From: Nitrososphaerales archaeon
GTDB lineage: Archaea > Thermoproteota > Nitrososphaeria > Nitrososphaerales > JACPRH01
NCBI GenBank assembly: GCA_030754585.1
Contig: JASMAB010000002.1
Location: forward strand, 1-59,784
Direction: 5' to 3'
DNA length: 59,784 nt
Shown: positions 1 to 9,593 of the stretch, piece after piece
Layout of the letters: the number at the start of each line of letters is the position of its first letter
How positions within the stretch are numbered: the first letter of the stretch is position 1
Notes under the pieces: model-generated
What the model saw: the letters and a program-made list of their open reading frames with translations, nothing else
Told to the model about the DNA's origin: nothing
Database searches by the model: none
Position numbers and translations under genes: made by a program

Positions 1-2
1 GT

Positions 3-572
3 TCTGCTCTAGTAACAACCTCAGATATACTCTTTGCAGGATTCACTGACGGCTTCATTAGATTCTTTAACTCTGAAACTGGAGAACTACTTAGAGAAAT
101 GAATACAGGCAATCCAATGAGTTCAGGTTTAACAACAGGTGCAGACGCATCTGGTGATCAGAAAATATTCGCTATAATCGCAAGTGGCGGATTTGGATCA
201 GCAACTCCAGGTACACTGATAGCTATAGGGTTAAATGAGCGTGCGCAAGCAGCAGCTCAAACAGTTACAGTTACACAAACAACTAGAACTACAGTTACTA
301 CAACATCAGCTACAACAATTACACAAACTTCAGTATCAACAACTACAGCAACATCAACAACTACAATGACTACAACATCTGCAACAACTGTAACAAGTAC
401 TCTCGCAGCACAAACCATAACACAAACAAGTACAGCACAAGCTCAAACTACAACAGTTACTTCTGAAGTGACTGAAGAAGTTGGATTATCAAGCACCATA
501 ACATATGCAGCAGTAGCTGTAGCTGTTATAGCTATAATCGGAGCAGCAGTACTCTACACACGAAAAGAATAG
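3..572 (+). CDS. 3' part of a surface/secreted protein: end of a PQQ-like beta-propeller, Thr-rich linker, C-terminal TM anchor (5' end outside window)
   Basis: The frame is open from base 3, with no stop before the track ATG at 99. The sequence ...FAGFTDGFIRFFNSETGELLREMNTGNP... looks like a last propeller blade. About 70 residues (nt ~258-470) are Thr/Ser/Gln low complexity. The protein ends with hydrophobic ITYAAVAVAVIAIIGAAVLY followed by TRKE. Confidence 0.5.
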   Translation, partial: SALVTTSDILFAGFTDGFIRFFNSETGELLREMNTGNPMSSGLTTGADASGDQKIFAIIASGGFGSATPGTLIAIGLNERAQAAAQTVTVTQTTRTTVTTTSATTITQTSVSTTTATSTTTMTTTSATTVTSTLAAQTITQTSTAQAQTTTVTSEVTEEVGLSSTITYAAVAVAVIAIIGAAVLYTRKE

Positions 573-580
573 TTAAAAGA

Positions 581-614
581 GGATCCTGAATAAGGATCTC
601 TCCCATATTTTTTT
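581..614 (+). terminator. Possible terminator: short hairpin followed by a T7 run
   Basis: GGATCC (581-586) pairs with GGATCT (594-599) around a 7-nt loop. TTTTTTT follows at about 608-614, just after the stop at 572. The stem is short, so this is weak. Confidence 0.25.
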
Positions 615-963
615 AGATAACCAAATATCTTGATTTAAAGTCAAGGTAATGGAATTATGGCAGCTAAGTATTGGACAGCCCAATTTTTTTCCCATTGAAG
701 CGAAGTCCCATGCCTGTGTCCACCTCTAATTGATAACATTTTTTTCTTAAATGTTCATTCATTATGTATTCCATGAAAAACATGTTCTATTGTAATTACA
801 TAAAAATCAAGAACAACCTGATTTATTAAATCAAAGTCCTGTCCTCAAAATAATGTGTCAAAAGATATTTTCATACAGCATCAGAGTGTCTTTGAGTGTT
901 AGGTCAAAGTTATCACACAATTGTTTCTTTTTCTATTTTTTCAAATAATTATTATTTATATTG

Positions 964-1413
964 ATGAACAAACATTCTTTACTAACAAGAAATAGATTGA
1001 GTGCAGCATTTCTAATTATGCCCGGAAGCTTTATGCTAGTAACTGGAACAACACTTCTTTTGATGATTACCGGAAGAATAGAATATCTTTTAATCCTTGG
1101 CTCATCGGCAGCGGTCACTATTTTTACAGGCTTAGCAATTAAGCCAAATATCTTAGGAAAATACTTGATTAGAAACGAATGGTCAACACTCATATTTCTG
1201 ATGATTGGAGGAACAATATTTGCAATCGAAACATCTATTCTCCTAATACTTTTCCAAGGAATCGTACCAGTGCTCTATACTTTCTCTACATTAATAGCAT
1301 GCACTATTCTTCTCATTGGATTAGATATCTTGTCAGAAATCAATGGTGTGGAAAAGCAGACACTGGGTCTTCTTAATGAAAGAGAACTTATTATTGAGCA
1401 ATTAACTAGCTAA
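964..1413 (+). CDS. Hypothetical integral membrane protein (about 4 TM)
   Basis: The ORF has four hydrophobic stretches and no recognisable motif. ATG at 964 follows TTG at 961. Confidence 0.45.
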   Translation: MNKHSLLTRNRLSAAFLIMPGSFMLVTGTTLLLMITGRIEYLLILGSSAAVTIFTGLAIKPNILGKYLIRNEWSTLIFLMIGGTIFAIETSILLILFQGIVPVLYTFSTLIACTILLIGLDILSEINGVEKQTLGLLNERELIIEQLTS

Positions 1414-1476
1414 AAATAATAATAGTTTCTACTAAAAAATCTAATTCAATATTAAGGCAGAATCATAATTCCGGAA

Positions 1477-1653
1477 TTATCGTTTAGTACTGGTATCCCA
1501 ATTCTGTCCAGATTTCCGATTTAAAGAATATCTTTTGTAAAATGTCTTCTTATTTCGAACCCTTGGATTTGGAGATATTTTTTTCTGTTTTTCAAGCTTA
1601 GGAGTCTGACTACGAACTTTTCCTGCCTTCGTTAATGAACCGTGAGTTGGCAT
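1477..1653 (-). CDS. rps30e: 30S ribosomal protein eS30 (58 aa; below the ORF-track length cutoff)
   Basis: Hand translation of the minus strand gives [58 protein letters not shown]. The HGSLxKAGKVRxQTPK core is the eS30 signature. Confidence 0.8.
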   Translation of the reverse strand: MPTHGSLTKAGKVRSQTPKLEKQKKISPNPRVRNKKTFYKRYSLNRKSGQNWDTSTKR

Positions 1654-1773
1654 CTATTCACCTTTGTAAACATTGGAAAATACGAAAAAAGGTATTTAAA
1701 AGTCTTGCTAAAAATATTCAAGATATCTTGGTGAAGTAAACATAAAATCTTTTTATCCAGTTTTTTTGCCTAG

Positions 1774-2598
1774 TTATATTGGTGTTTTTTCACCGTTAAT
1801 ATTGCGACGTGAAATCCCAAAATCATTTGAGATTTCTTTAAGCTGTTTTGATGAAAAAACGGGTCCATCAAGACAAAGAAGGTATCTACCAATACTGCAG
1901 CTTCCACAGAGTCCAAATCCACATTTTATATATCGTTCAAGACTAACTTCGATGGAAATAATCCTCTTTTCAGCTAAAGCAAATATTTTTTTTAGCATGA
2001 TTTCTGGGCCACAGGTGTATAGCTTATCATATTTTTCATTCTTAAGTAGAACTGTTACATGATCAGATGCTACACCTTTTAGACCATAACTGCCATCGTC
2101 AGTGGTGACTATGATTTTATGTTTAGAATTTGAAAGCAAATCTTGTGCATCCTTAAAAAAAGGTATTTCGTTTCGACTTTTACCCGCCAACATAAGAGTC
2201 ACACGAGCTCCTTTCTTTACAAGAATCTTGGTTAATGGTAATAATGGAGATAATCCTGTTCCACCTCCAACAAGTAAACAATTACCGGATATCGGAGTAA
2301 AACCATTTCCATAAGGCCCACGAATTCCAATATGGTCATTTTCTTTCTTATTGAAAAGCGCTTTTGATGTTTTTCCAATTGATTTAACCGTGAATCCACA
2401 GGTATCTTTACCATCCATAAATGACAAACTCATTGGAATTTCACCTATACCTGGAACCCATATCATGGCAAATTGTCCAGGAGAAGCTGCAGAACACCTT
2501 TTATCTTGAACAAAAAGTGTTAAAATATCATTTGTTTCGTTACGTACCTGTTTTACCGTAGTAATTCGTGGTTTATTGATAAGAATGCGATCTTCCAA
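1774..2598 (-). CDS. pyrK: Dihydroorotate dehydrogenase electron-transfer subunit
   Basis: The protein has a ferredoxin-reductase-like fold pattern and a C-terminal 2Fe-2S motif CGFGLCGSCS. It overlaps pyrD by 26 nt. Confidence 0.85.
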   Translation of the reverse strand: MEDRILINKPRITTVKQVRNETNDILTLFVQDKRCSAASPGQFAMIWVPGIGEIPMSLSFMDGKDTCGFTVKSIGKTSKALFNKKENDHIGIRGPYGNGFTPISGNCLLVGGGTGLSPLLPLTKILVKKGARVTLMLAGKSRNEIPFFKDAQDLLSNSKHKIIVTTDDGSYGLKGVASDHVTVLLKNEKYDKLYTCGPEIMLKKIFALAEKRIISIEVSLERYIKCGFGLCGSCSIGRYLLCLDGPVFSSKQLKEISNDFGISRRNINGEKTPI

Positions 2599-3517
2599 CT
2601 AGTTCACCTATTTCTTTTATTTCATGATTGTTCATATATTTCTTGATCCCATCAACTATTTCTCCCAAAACATCAAGACCTTTGTATGCTACCGCAGACC
2701 CAACTTGTACACAGGAAGCACCAGCTAAAAAAAACTCAATCGCATCACTCCAATGGGTTATTCCTCCACATCCGATAATTGGAATATCAACTTTCTGCGA
2801 TATCTCGTAAACACAACGAATAGCTATTGCTTTGACCGCTGGACCGGAAAGCCCACCTACATTATTAGAGAGTATGGGACGACCAGTTTCTATATCAATA
2901 ACCATAGCCCGAACTGTGTTTATTGCAGTTACTCCGTCGGCACCTGAATCTTTCGCGGCTGAAACTATTTCTACAATATCCGTAATGTTGGACGAAACTT
3001 TTATCAAAACAGGTCTTGAGGAAAACTTTTTTGCAATTTTGACAATTGATGAAACTGCTTCAGGGTCTTGTCCTACTTCAAGGCCAACTTTCTCTACATG
3101 AGGACAAGATAGATTTAATTCGTAACAATCAACTGAGCTGGATTCTAATCTTGAAATCATATCACTAAATTCAGTGGGTGTAGACCCAAATAAGCTTACT
3201 ACTATGGGTATAGGTTTCTCCTTCAAAGTTGCTAACTCTTTTGAGAATGCATTAACACCTGGATTGGAAAGTCCAATAGCATTCACATAACCGCTTTCAA
3301 CTTCAACAACAGTAGGGTTACGATACCCTTCTCTGGGATTCATACTGATAGATTTTGTCACCATTGCTCCTGCTCCAGCCTCAGCTACACGAGGAAGAAT
3401 ATCTGGATGAACACCCACTACACCAGATGCTAACATAACTGGATTATTCATTATGAAATTCTTCAGCTGAAAAGAGACCTGCAAATCGTTTTGATTGCTC
3501 TTTTCATGAAGTTTCAA
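2573..3517 (-). CDS. pyrD: Dihydroorotate dehydrogenase (class 1B) catalytic subunit
   Basis: Motifs seen: NPVMLASG, NLSCPH and GGLSGPAVKAIA, plus a TIM-barrel pattern. It is paired with pyrK. Confidence 0.9.
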   Translation of the reverse strand: MKLHEKSNQNDLQVSFQLKNFIMNNPVMLASGVVGVHPDILPRVAEAGAGAMVTKSISMNPREGYRNPTVVEVESGYVNAIGLSNPGVNAFSKELATLKEKPIPIVVSLFGSTPTEFSDMISRLESSSVDCYELNLSCPHVEKVGLEVGQDPEAVSSIVKIAKKFSSRPVLIKVSSNITDIVEIVSAAKDSGADGVTAINTVRAMVIDIETGRPILSNNVGGLSGPAVKAIAIRCVYEISQKVDIPIIGCGGITHWSDAIEFFLAGASCVQVGSAVAYKGLDVLGEIVDGIKKYMNNHEIKEIGELVGRSHSYQ

Positions 3518-3670
3518 ACATAATCATCCTTCACATCTAGATTTCTCGCTTTAAACGTTTGTCTTTTGGTGGTTAATACTAAATCTGAATTCCAGTATTT
3601 TTTTTAGGCACATTAATCAGTAGGTAAGGATTTATGTCAACACTCTCACGGTGGAGGTAGGAGATACATT

Positions 3671-4903
3671 ATGAAAGGAAGGTTATTTCTAACAGAATTA
3701 GGTGTTTTGATTTTAGATAAATCAATGAAAACAATGTTAGTAAAAAAATATCCAGCCGGAGAAGATATTCAAAGATTTCGACAAATAGAATTGGGTGAAA
3801 TTGATGATTGGCTTAGAAGCATTATTTTGGAAGCAAAAGAGAGAGGATTTGATGAATTTTTAATTTATGAAGAAGCGTTAAAGAAAGCATTAGATAAAAA
3901 TGGGTTCAAAGTAGGAACTCTTTCATATGGCGAGATTAATCGTTTACAAAATAGAAAATTAAGGTTAATTGTAGATGCTGGTTGGTCTAAGAATGAGAAG
4001 GAATCTAAAGAGTTAGTTAGAGTTTTTGCACTTGAATTATCAAATGTAAAACTTAGAGAATTGGCTTCCAAGCCTGATTTACAGGTTATGCAATCTGTTC
4101 AAGCTCTCGATGAAATAGATAAAGTTGTCAACATTTTAGAGGCAAGAGTTAAAGAATGGTATGGTTTACATTTTCCTGAACTTGAAAGAATCTTGGATAG
4201 TCCAGAAGTATACATAAAATTTGTTAATAATTTTGAGAGACGCAAAAATATTACAATGAAAAAACTTGAGGGATGTGGTTTTACATCTGAAAAAGCCGAA
4301 GAGATACTTTCTGCAGCACATAGGTCAAAGGGAACAGAACTTAGAAATGAAGATTTACAAAAGATATCCAGTCTTTCTAAAGAAGTAACCCAATTATCAT
4401 CAGTGAGAGATAGCCTAGCAAAACATGTTGAAAAAACAATGAATCAATTTGCACCTAATATAGCTTCAGTGGCAGGAGAAACAATTGGAGCAAGATTGAT
4501 TGTGAAATCCGGTGGATTACAAAAGATAGCCCGTCTTCCGGCTAGTACAATACAAGTTTTAGGGGCCGAGAAAGCTCTCTTTAGAGCTATTCGTACAGGC
4601 GCAAGACCACCAAAACATGGAATATTATTTCAACATCAAGCTGTGCATGTTGCACCAAAATGGCAAAGAGGAAAAATAGCGCGCTCTCTTGCAGCAAAAA
4701 TTGCAATTGCTAGTAGGATAGATGCTTATCGTGGAACGCATGAGGATGGTCTCAAAGAAAAGTTTGATCAGAGATTAGAGGAGATAAAGAAAAAGTATGG
4801 AGAACCACCAAAACCTAGAAACCTCGAGTTTAGGCAGAAGGAAAATACAAGTGATAAAAAAAGAAGGAAACCCAAGATTAAGAAAAATAAGGCTAGAAGG
4901 TAA
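3671..4903 (+). CDS. nop5: C/D box sRNP core protein Nop5 (Nop56/58)
   Basis: The Nop domain contains GAEKALFRAIRTG...PKHGILFQH. A coiled-coil middle and a K/R-rich tail are present. Fibrillarin lies immediately downstream. Confidence 0.9.
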   Translation: MKGRLFLTELGVLILDKSMKTMLVKKYPAGEDIQRFRQIELGEIDDWLRSIILEAKERGFDEFLIYEEALKKALDKNGFKVGTLSYGEINRLQNRKLRLIVDAGWSKNEKESKELVRVFALELSNVKLRELASKPDLQVMQSVQALDEIDKVVNILEARVKEWYGLHFPELERILDSPEVYIKFVNNFERRKNITMKKLEGCGFTSEKAEEILSAAHRSKGTELRNEDLQKISSLSKEVTQLSSVRDSLAKHVEKTMNQFAPNIASVAGETIGARLIVKSGGLQKIARLPASTIQVLGAEKALFRAIRTGARPPKHGILFQHQAVHVAPKWQRGKIARSLAAKIAIASRIDAYRGTHEDGLKEKFDQRLEEIKKKYGEPPKPRNLEFRQKENTSDKKRRKPKIKKNKARR

Positions 4904-5528
4904 AGATAAACTTGTTACCTTAAATCTCGTTCCTGGTACCAATGTGTATGGAGAAGCAATTTTAAAGCTTGATGGTGAAGATTACAGAATATGGGACCCT
5001 TTTAGAAGTAAATTATCGGCAGCATTACTCAATGGTCTAAATAATTTTCCAATAATCGAAGGAAGTCGAATGTTATATCTAGGTACCTCAACAGGTACAA
5101 CTGCAAGTCATGTATCCGACATAATAGGTGATGAAGGAATAATATTCGCAGTTGAAAATGCACCTCGTGTAGCCAGAGAATTTATTGAACGTGTTGCACT
5201 AAAAAGAAAGAATGTGATCCCAATAGTAGAAGATGCTCGAAAACCAAATTCGTATACTGCAATTTTCACTAAAGTGAATATAGTATATTGTGATATAGCC
5301 CAGCGAGACCAGACAGAGATTGCTATAATGAATTGTAAAAGACACTTGATAAAAGGAGGAAACATTCTACTAATTATTAAGTCTAGAAGTATTGATGCGA
5401 ATATTGATCCTGAGAGAATATTTCAACAAGAAATATCAAAGGTAGAAAAAGAAGGATTTAAAATTCAACAAATCATTAAACTTGATCCTTTCGATAAAGA
5501 CCACATCATGATAAATGCAATCTTCTAA
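4797..5528 (+). CDS. flpA: Fibrillarin-like rRNA/tRNA 2'-O-methyltransferase
   Basis: Motifs seen: YRIWDPFRSKLSAA, LYLGTSTGTTASHVSDI and DPFDKDH. The ATG at 4797 lies 107 nt inside nop5 in another frame, so the start is not certain. Confidence 0.88.
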   Translation: MENHQNLETSSLGRRKIQVIKKEGNPRLRKIRLEGKDKLVTLNLVPGTNVYGEAILKLDGEDYRIWDPFRSKLSAALLNGLNNFPIIEGSRMLYLGTSTGTTASHVSDIIGDEGIIFAVENAPRVAREFIERVALKRKNVIPIVEDARKPNSYTAIFTKVNIVYCDIAQRDQTEIAIMNCKRHLIKGGNILLIIKSRSIDANIDPERIFQQEISKVEKEGFKIQQIIKLDPFDKDHIMINAIF

Positions 5529-5533
5529 AATAA

Positions 5534-6202
5534 TTAATAATCCTCTAGGCTTGTAGATTTAATTTTCTCCCAAGTTTTCCAAGATTTCCTTGAGAATGAA
5601 GGTGCTTCACCTTGGTTAGAAAACCATCCTTCAAGGAATTTTATTGTTCTTGGATCTGAAGGATAACCACTTCCAAAATATCCATTTTCTTCAGATATCT
5701 TTGCAATTTCGGCATCCCGCTCACATTTGGCAACAATTGAAGCAGCCGAGACAATAGGATATTTTTGGTCAGCTTTGTGAGCTGAAAATATCGTAACATC
5801 TTTTGTCAGGATGGATCTAATATCATCTGCAAATCTTTTTGGATTAATATCAGCGGCATCTACGTAGATGATATCTGGATCTTGATTCAGTGCTATTTGA
5901 CCCATTGTTATAGCCTCAAGATAATTTAGTCGTCTATATTTTTTGCCTTTACTCACATATTCATCAATTTCAGATGGACATATTTTTTGAGTTACAACCT
6001 TCTTTGATATATTCTTGATTAATTTTAACAATCGATTTCTATTGTTTGGAGTAAGTAGTTTTGAATCTTTGACTCCAATTTTTGATAATTGATCAAGTTT
6101 ACTTTTTTCAATGACTACTCCTCCAATGAGCAACGGTCCGATTATAGAACCCCGACCAGCTTCATCTAGCCCCATTATTATCAAATCGCTTTTTTTTGTC
6201 AA
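5534..6202 (-). CDS. rnhB: Ribonuclease HII
   Basis: The GLDEAGRGSIIGPL motif is present. The TTG start at 6202 is the longest option. Confidence 0.9.
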   Translation of the reverse strand: MTKKSDLIIMGLDEAGRGSIIGPLLIGGVVIEKSKLDQLSKIGVKDSKLLTPNNRNRLLKLIKNISKKVVTQKICPSEIDEYVSKGKKYRRLNYLEAITMGQIALNQDPDIIYVDAADINPKRFADDIRSILTKDVTIFSAHKADQKYPIVSAASIVAKCERDAEIAKISEENGYFGSGYPSDPRTIKFLEGWFSNQGEAPSFSRKSWKTWEKIKSTSLEDY

Positions 6203-6452
6203 TTGTTGTGCTCCAGAAGTTTCTTTGATATTATATCGCCCAGTATAAAACCTGCACTTTTAATATTGTAAATATTTCTAGAAAGACAAGTGATTTTTAC
6301 TATACCTAGTTTCATATTAATCAAGCATATTCGTGTTGGTGACTTTGGCATTCTCCTCAAACTATGCTATGCTTGCAGTTAAAAATTGAACACCATTATA
6401 CTTTTTTTAAATAAAAATAAAAAAACTGAAGCTATAATTAAGTAATACAAAC

Positions 6453-7367
6453 ATGGCAACGCAATGGTTATTTGAGCTGTTAACAATGGTTTGGCTTAAG
6501 TTGCAATCAAAAGATTCTGAAGAAATCGAAAATATTAATCAGAAGATTACATCATTACTTACATATCTGTCAGGGTTGATTAAAGAAATTAAGCTAGCTC
6601 ATAATAAAAGAAAAGAACTAAATGAAGAAATAAGAGGACTTTCTAAAAAAATTAATGAAACAAGAGAAAATCTTGATGTAGGATATGGTTTTTATCAAGA
6701 TACGCGAAAAACGAGACGAGAAACTCTTTCTAAGATTAGAGAATTACGACTTAAAATACAAATTATTGAAGAAAATGCAAAAAAGTTTGAAAAAAATCTT
6801 CCTAATGAAAATGGTGATAAGATAGCTGAGAGACTCAAAGAGGCAGATTGGAAGATACAAACTGAAAAACTTACAATAGATGAAGAGAAGGAACTAGTCC
6901 AATTAATTAAGAATCTAGAATTAGATTTACAAAAATGGAAAAAGGCTTATGAAACAAGAAAAGACATCCATAATTTAAGGTCTGAAATTAATATATTAAA
7001 GGATGAGATGGATGTTATTAATCTTTCAGGGGAAGAATTCAAAGATGAATTTGAATCAGGAAAAGATAAACTCGCAAATGACTATAGAGCAAGAGATCAA
7101 CTTTTCAAAGAAATTAATGAGATTAGAGAAGAGATTTTGGAATTAGAAGAGAGTATCGCAAAGACAGACAAACAACTTGAAGAGATTAAAAGTAAACGTA
7201 AAGAAATTATTATCTTAGAGAAAAAAGAAGAAGAAGAGAAATCTAGAATTAAAGAACAAGAACTACTTGTAAAAGCTAAAAGCATAGCGAAAGATAAGCT
7301 CTCAAAAGGCGGAAAACTCTCATTTGAAGATTTAAAATTAATCTTTGAAGACGAAGTTGAGAAATAA
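6453..7367 (+). CDS. Archaeal coiled-coil protein (COG1340-like), function unknown
   Basis: About 300 aa are K/E-rich with a heptad-like pattern throughout. The real start may be downstream of 6453. Confidence 0.6.
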   Translation: MATQWLFELLTMVWLKLQSKDSEEIENINQKITSLLTYLSGLIKEIKLAHNKRKELNEEIRGLSKKINETRENLDVGYGFYQDTRKTRRETLSKIRELRLKIQIIEENAKKFEKNLPNENGDKIAERLKEADWKIQTEKLTIDEEKELVQLIKNLELDLQKWKKAYETRKDIHNLRSEINILKDEMDVINLSGEEFKDEFESGKDKLANDYRARDQLFKEINEIREEILELEESIAKTDKQLEEIKSKRKEIIILEKKEEEEKSRIKEQELLVKAKSIAKDKLSKGGKLSFEDLKLIFEDEVEK

Positions 7368-7443
7368 TTATTCGACAATCAACAATCAATTAGATTGGGA
7401 GCTATTGTTTAAGTAAAACCTCTCTAACATAATAAAACAAGAA

Positions 7444-8586
7444 TTGAGCACTAAAGATATCCAAACCAATAAACTATTGGTTTTATGTGTAGACCGAGAC
7501 AACGATATTGGAGAAAAGAGCAATATTAAGACCCCAGTAGTGGGTAGAAAAGATTGTCTCTATGCTGCCTCTGAGCTCGCTTTATCTGATCCAGAGGAAG
7601 CAGACGCAAATGCTATATTTGCGGCCGTTAAACAATTTGATGAGTTAGTAGAAAAAGGATATCACTGCGATATTGCAGTAGTGGCTGGAAGTAATAAAGG
7701 CGGATTTGAAGCAGATAAAACAATTCGAACACAGGTAAAAAAAATCACTAGTAATTCTACAGCTGAAGGTGTGGTATTAGTTTCAGATGGAGTTGAAGAT
7801 GAAATGGTTATTCCAATTATCCAGAACCTTGTTGAAGTTGTTTCTGTAAAAAGAGTAGTTGTGAAACATAGTAAGAGTTTAGAAGAAACTTATGCAGTAT
7901 TGGGTAGATACCTGAAAATGTTGGTATATGATAGAAGATATTCAAGAATTGCATTGGGTGTACCTGGCATTTTCTTATTGATTAGTTCTATAGCTTTCTT
8001 CTTTGGTCAAGAAAGAATTATGAGTTTTATTGCACTGGGATTAATTGGTGGAACATTTCTAATTCGAGGATTTGATTTGGATAAATGGGTCGAGCTACTT
8101 CCACGTCTAAAACCATCAGGATATCTTAGATTATTCTCTTCTATGGCCAGTCTCCTCATTATTGCAACCTCATTCTTTACTGCTTTTGCGGTAGTATCCG
8201 GAACAGAGGCATTTCAAAGTGTCCAGATAGATGCTAACACGATATGGATTCATGGAGCCTTTTTATTGGGTAAATTCATTCAAGAAGCACTCTTGATTCT
8301 TTGGATAGGAATTGGAGTGTATTTTGCTGGGGCTGTATTGGTTAATTATCTAAAGGGAAGTATTTGGATTCTCAGTAACAGTGTAGGGATCATAATACTG
8401 GCACTTCTTTATTTTCCAGTGCTTCAATTTTCCGAAATATTGATGGGATCTGGGAGTACAGCCACATTAATATCCTTTTTATTAGTTGGATTTGCTATTT
8501 TCTTCCTAATAGTAACTATTGTTTACACGTATATTCAGTCACGTAAAAAATCTAAAGGAAATGAATACCAAAAATTTGAAAGATAA
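7444..8586 (+). CDS. DUF373-family membrane protein
   Basis: The N-terminal soluble domain contains LVLCVDRDNDIGEK. A polytopic C-terminal half follows. The start is TTG. Confidence 0.6.
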   Translation: MSTKDIQTNKLLVLCVDRDNDIGEKSNIKTPVVGRKDCLYAASELALSDPEEADANAIFAAVKQFDELVEKGYHCDIAVVAGSNKGGFEADKTIRTQVKKITSNSTAEGVVLVSDGVEDEMVIPIIQNLVEVVSVKRVVVKHSKSLEETYAVLGRYLKMLVYDRRYSRIALGVPGIFLLISSIAFFFGQERIMSFIALGLIGGTFLIRGFDLDKWVELLPRLKPSGYLRLFSSMASLLIIATSFFTAFAVVSGTEAFQSVQIDANTIWIHGAFLLGKFIQEALLILWIGIGVYFAGAVLVNYLKGSIWILSNSVGIIILALLYFPVLQFSEILMGSGSTATLISFLLVGFAIFFLIVTIVYTYIQSRKKSKGNEYQKFER

Positions 8587-8766
8587 TCATTTTTATTGAA
8601 TTACTCTTAATTGATAATTCAAAATGTTAATTTGATATTTTTCATCTGATAATTGTGAATAGGTTAAATAAGATATAACGAGAATTAAATAACATATCTA
8701 AGCAACATAATTATAAGCGAAACATTACAATGATGCCAGAAGTCAACATTGAGATATTTTGGAATA

Positions 8767-9555
8767 ATGAGGAGTATTTTATACAAACCATTTCTAGTAG
8801 GACTGTATAATGTCTATCGAAAGTATTTAGAAGGACAAATAACTAAAGCTACAATTCCCCAGCATATTGGAATAATTTTAGATGGAAATCGACGCTGGGC
8901 TTTTATGCACACATACCCTCGAAGATTGGGTCATCGAAGAGGTGCAGATAATGCTGAACATATTCTTGAGTGGTGTCATGATATTGGTATAAAAGCGGTA
9001 ACACTCTATGCTCTCTCAACTGAGAATCTTGATAGACCACAAGAAGAGCTCGATGAACTTTTTGAAGTTATTGAAGAAAAGCTTAAAGATCTTCTTGATG
9101 ATGAAAGGATTCACCGATATAAAATAAAAGTAAAGTCCCTTGGGAACTCAGATTACCTTACAGAAGAGATTAGGGAAACACTAAATAATCTTGAAGAAAA
9201 AACCAAAAATTATTCAAATCATTTTTTGAACATAGCAATTGCATATGGAGGAAGAACTGAAATACTTGATGTCATACGGAAAATAACTGAAGAAGTAAAC
9301 AAGGGTAGGTTGGAAATTAATGATATCGATATTAAGACTGTTGATAAATATCTTTACACAGCTCATTTACCGAATCCAGAACCAGAACTAATTATCCGTA
9401 CATCAGGTGAAGAGAGACTCAGTGGCTTTCTTCTTTGGCAAGGAGCATATAGTGAATTAGTTTTTTTGGATGTATATTGGCCAGATTTTCGTAAAATAGA
9501 TCTTATGAGGGCAATTAGAACATATCAAAATCGGTTGAGACGTTTTGGCCAATAA
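8767..9555 (+). CDS. uppS: cis-Prenyltransferase (undecaprenyl/di-trans,poly-cis-polyprenyl diphosphate synthase)
   Basis: Motifs seen: GIILDGNRRWA and IRTSGEERLSGFLLWQGAYSEL. The track ORF begins at TTG 8749, and ATG 8767 is my preferred start. Confidence 0.85.
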   Translation: MRSILYKPFLVGLYNVYRKYLEGQITKATIPQHIGIILDGNRRWAFMHTYPRRLGHRRGADNAEHILEWCHDIGIKAVTLYALSTENLDRPQEELDELFEVIEEKLKDLLDDERIHRYKIKVKSLGNSDYLTEEIRETLNNLEEKTKNYSNHFLNIAIAYGGRTEILDVIRKITEEVNKGRLEINDIDIKTVDKYLYTAHLPNPEPELIIRTSGEERLSGFLLWQGAYSELVFLDVYWPDFRKIDLMRAIRTYQNRLRRFGQ

Positions 9556-9593
9556 TATTGAATGAATAAATATGTGAATCATAGAGCAAAGAG

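Noticed and set aside
600-940. A possible decayed gene on the minus strand: several 20-40 codon open stretches in shifting frames, for example MLSIRGGHRHGTSLQWEKNWAVQYLAAIIPLP.
   Set aside because: ORFs of this length are expected by chance. I could not tie the fragments to any family, and no consistent frame-to-frame continuity is visible. This is worth only a TBLASTX check.
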